Below, piece after piece: positions 62,950-64,000 of a stretch of 64,000 nt of DNA; positions within the stretch are counted from its first letter, which is position 1; the number at the start of each line of letters is the position of its first letter. The translations under genes were made by a program, and so were the position numbers. Source of the stretch: Vicugna vicugna (taxonomy: Eukaryota). The stretch is from assembly GCA_013265495.1 (NCBI GenBank), contig MU058065.1:7440302-7504301 (forward strand), written 5' to 3'. Under the pieces are notes generated by a model that saw only the letters and a program-made list of their open reading frames with translations, was not told where the DNA came from and searched no databases.

Positions 62950-63825
62950 ATAAGGATAATGCTTTAAACTGATGCTAAAGAAAGAACGAGCTCAAGTATT
63001 CTGTGACTGTATGTCCTCAGGCCAAACAGTGAAAGAAGTCTAAACACCTACTGTGCTATAGACTAAGACTTGCTTGTCGCAGGCATGGGATAGCAATTTT
63101 GAAACTCTTCCATGTGAATCCTAGTGATGAACAAATAAGTAAATATGTTGTAGATAAAGGGAGCCAGTGTTCTCATCTGCAGGAAAGGTAGTCATAAGCA
63201 TGGTAAGGAGAAAAAGATACAACAAATTCAGTGGTGTTGGATTAGAATTGAAAATTTCAGTCTGAACTTATGGCATTTATTACATAGAGAGAAAGAGAGA
63301 CCAACAGATGTGGATATAAATATAGAGATTTTATGGTGGTGTAGACGTGTGTGTGCGTGTGCAGGAACATACATCTTATTTCCTAGCTCTGTCCTCTTAA
63401 GGGGCTTATATCAGTGAACCCCAGTAGCAACGAGCACATCTGGCTTCCAGATCTTGGTTTCTAAGTACAATTCTCTAATAAAAGGAATTAGAGATCTTTG
63501 ATGAAATGGTGATTCCATGACTAGAAGGAAAGTAGAAGAAGAACCTAGAATATCTTTTTCCCTCATAAAGTAAGAAGGTGCCCAAAGAATGATGAAGAAA
63601 TGTTGAAAGGGTGCAGAGGCCAGCTTGTAGGGGTTTCCACTGGGAAGCTCTGGGACAGTCTGAACATCAAAATAGATTATAATAGTAAAGCATTATAGCT
63701 TATTGAATAAAACAGGAGTCCACTGGCTTAACTAAATGAGCAGAAGGGAAAGCTCTTTCTTATATTAGAAAGTCAACTAACAAATCTAGAAAGCAGGATA
63801 AAATTAGAAAATCGCCATTTGGCAG
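62950..63825 (+). mobile_element. L1MC-type (L1MC3-like) 3' UTR fragment
   Basis: tagcaattttgaaact...gaacaaataagtaaatat...gtggtgttggattagaattg...ccagtagcaacgagcaca...ccagatcttggtttctaa...aataaaaggaa...attagaaaatcgccatttggca. Confidence 0.85.
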
Positions 63826-64000
63826 TCAGAATGGGGTGCATGTCTCTAGACAATAAGACTTTGAACTCACTTGTAGGTCCTCACTGGGTGTGGTAACTGA
63901 CCTTTGAGAAGCAAAGTATCTGGATTTTGTAGTACTGATTATACAAACCTAGACAGAGATGTGTCTCACTATTTAGTAAGATTGTGTTAAGAGCCTACCA

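Noticed and set aside
1..64000. A novel multi-gene system, RNA genes or a CpG-island promoter
   Set aside because: No intact coding sequence, tRNA/rRNA/snRNA signature or CpG island was seen; all recognisable peptides derive from decayed retroelements.

Overview
This is eukaryotic, placental-mammal DNA: AT-rich, CpG-depleted, and most likely intergenic or deep intronic. I found no supportable protein-coding exon, tRNA, rRNA, CpG island or CRISPR array. The ORF track is explained by chance ORFs and by decayed LINE-1 coding fragments. Much of the window is old interspersed repeat: L2, MIR, L3/CR1, MaLR and ERVL LTRs, hAT MITEs such as MER20/MER53/MER102, and L1M. There are two younger L1 pieces. 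One young L1 3' end resembles cetartiodactyl L1, and no Alu, Bov-tA, PRE-1 or similar lineage SINE is present, so a camelid is my tentative guess (inference). The best observations are: (1) a ~150-bp retrocopied mRNA 3' end with AATAAA, a target-site duplication (TSD) and a canonical L1 endonuclease site, hidden inside an old L1 (54115-54293); (2) two very ancient non-L1 LINE coding fossils facing each other, an RTE-X/L4-like RT on + (56.3-57.3 kb) and an L2/CR1-group endonuclease-to-RT on - (57.8-59.25 kb); (3) a tail-less internal L1 ORF2 fragment flanked by an 11-bp direct repeat; (4) an L1M with an internal inversion; (5) several nested insertions; and (6) repeat-free motif clusters that may be enhancers. 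I see no convincing novel biological system. Repeat subfamily names come from recalled similarity to consensus sequences, not from a search, and many boundaries are approximate.
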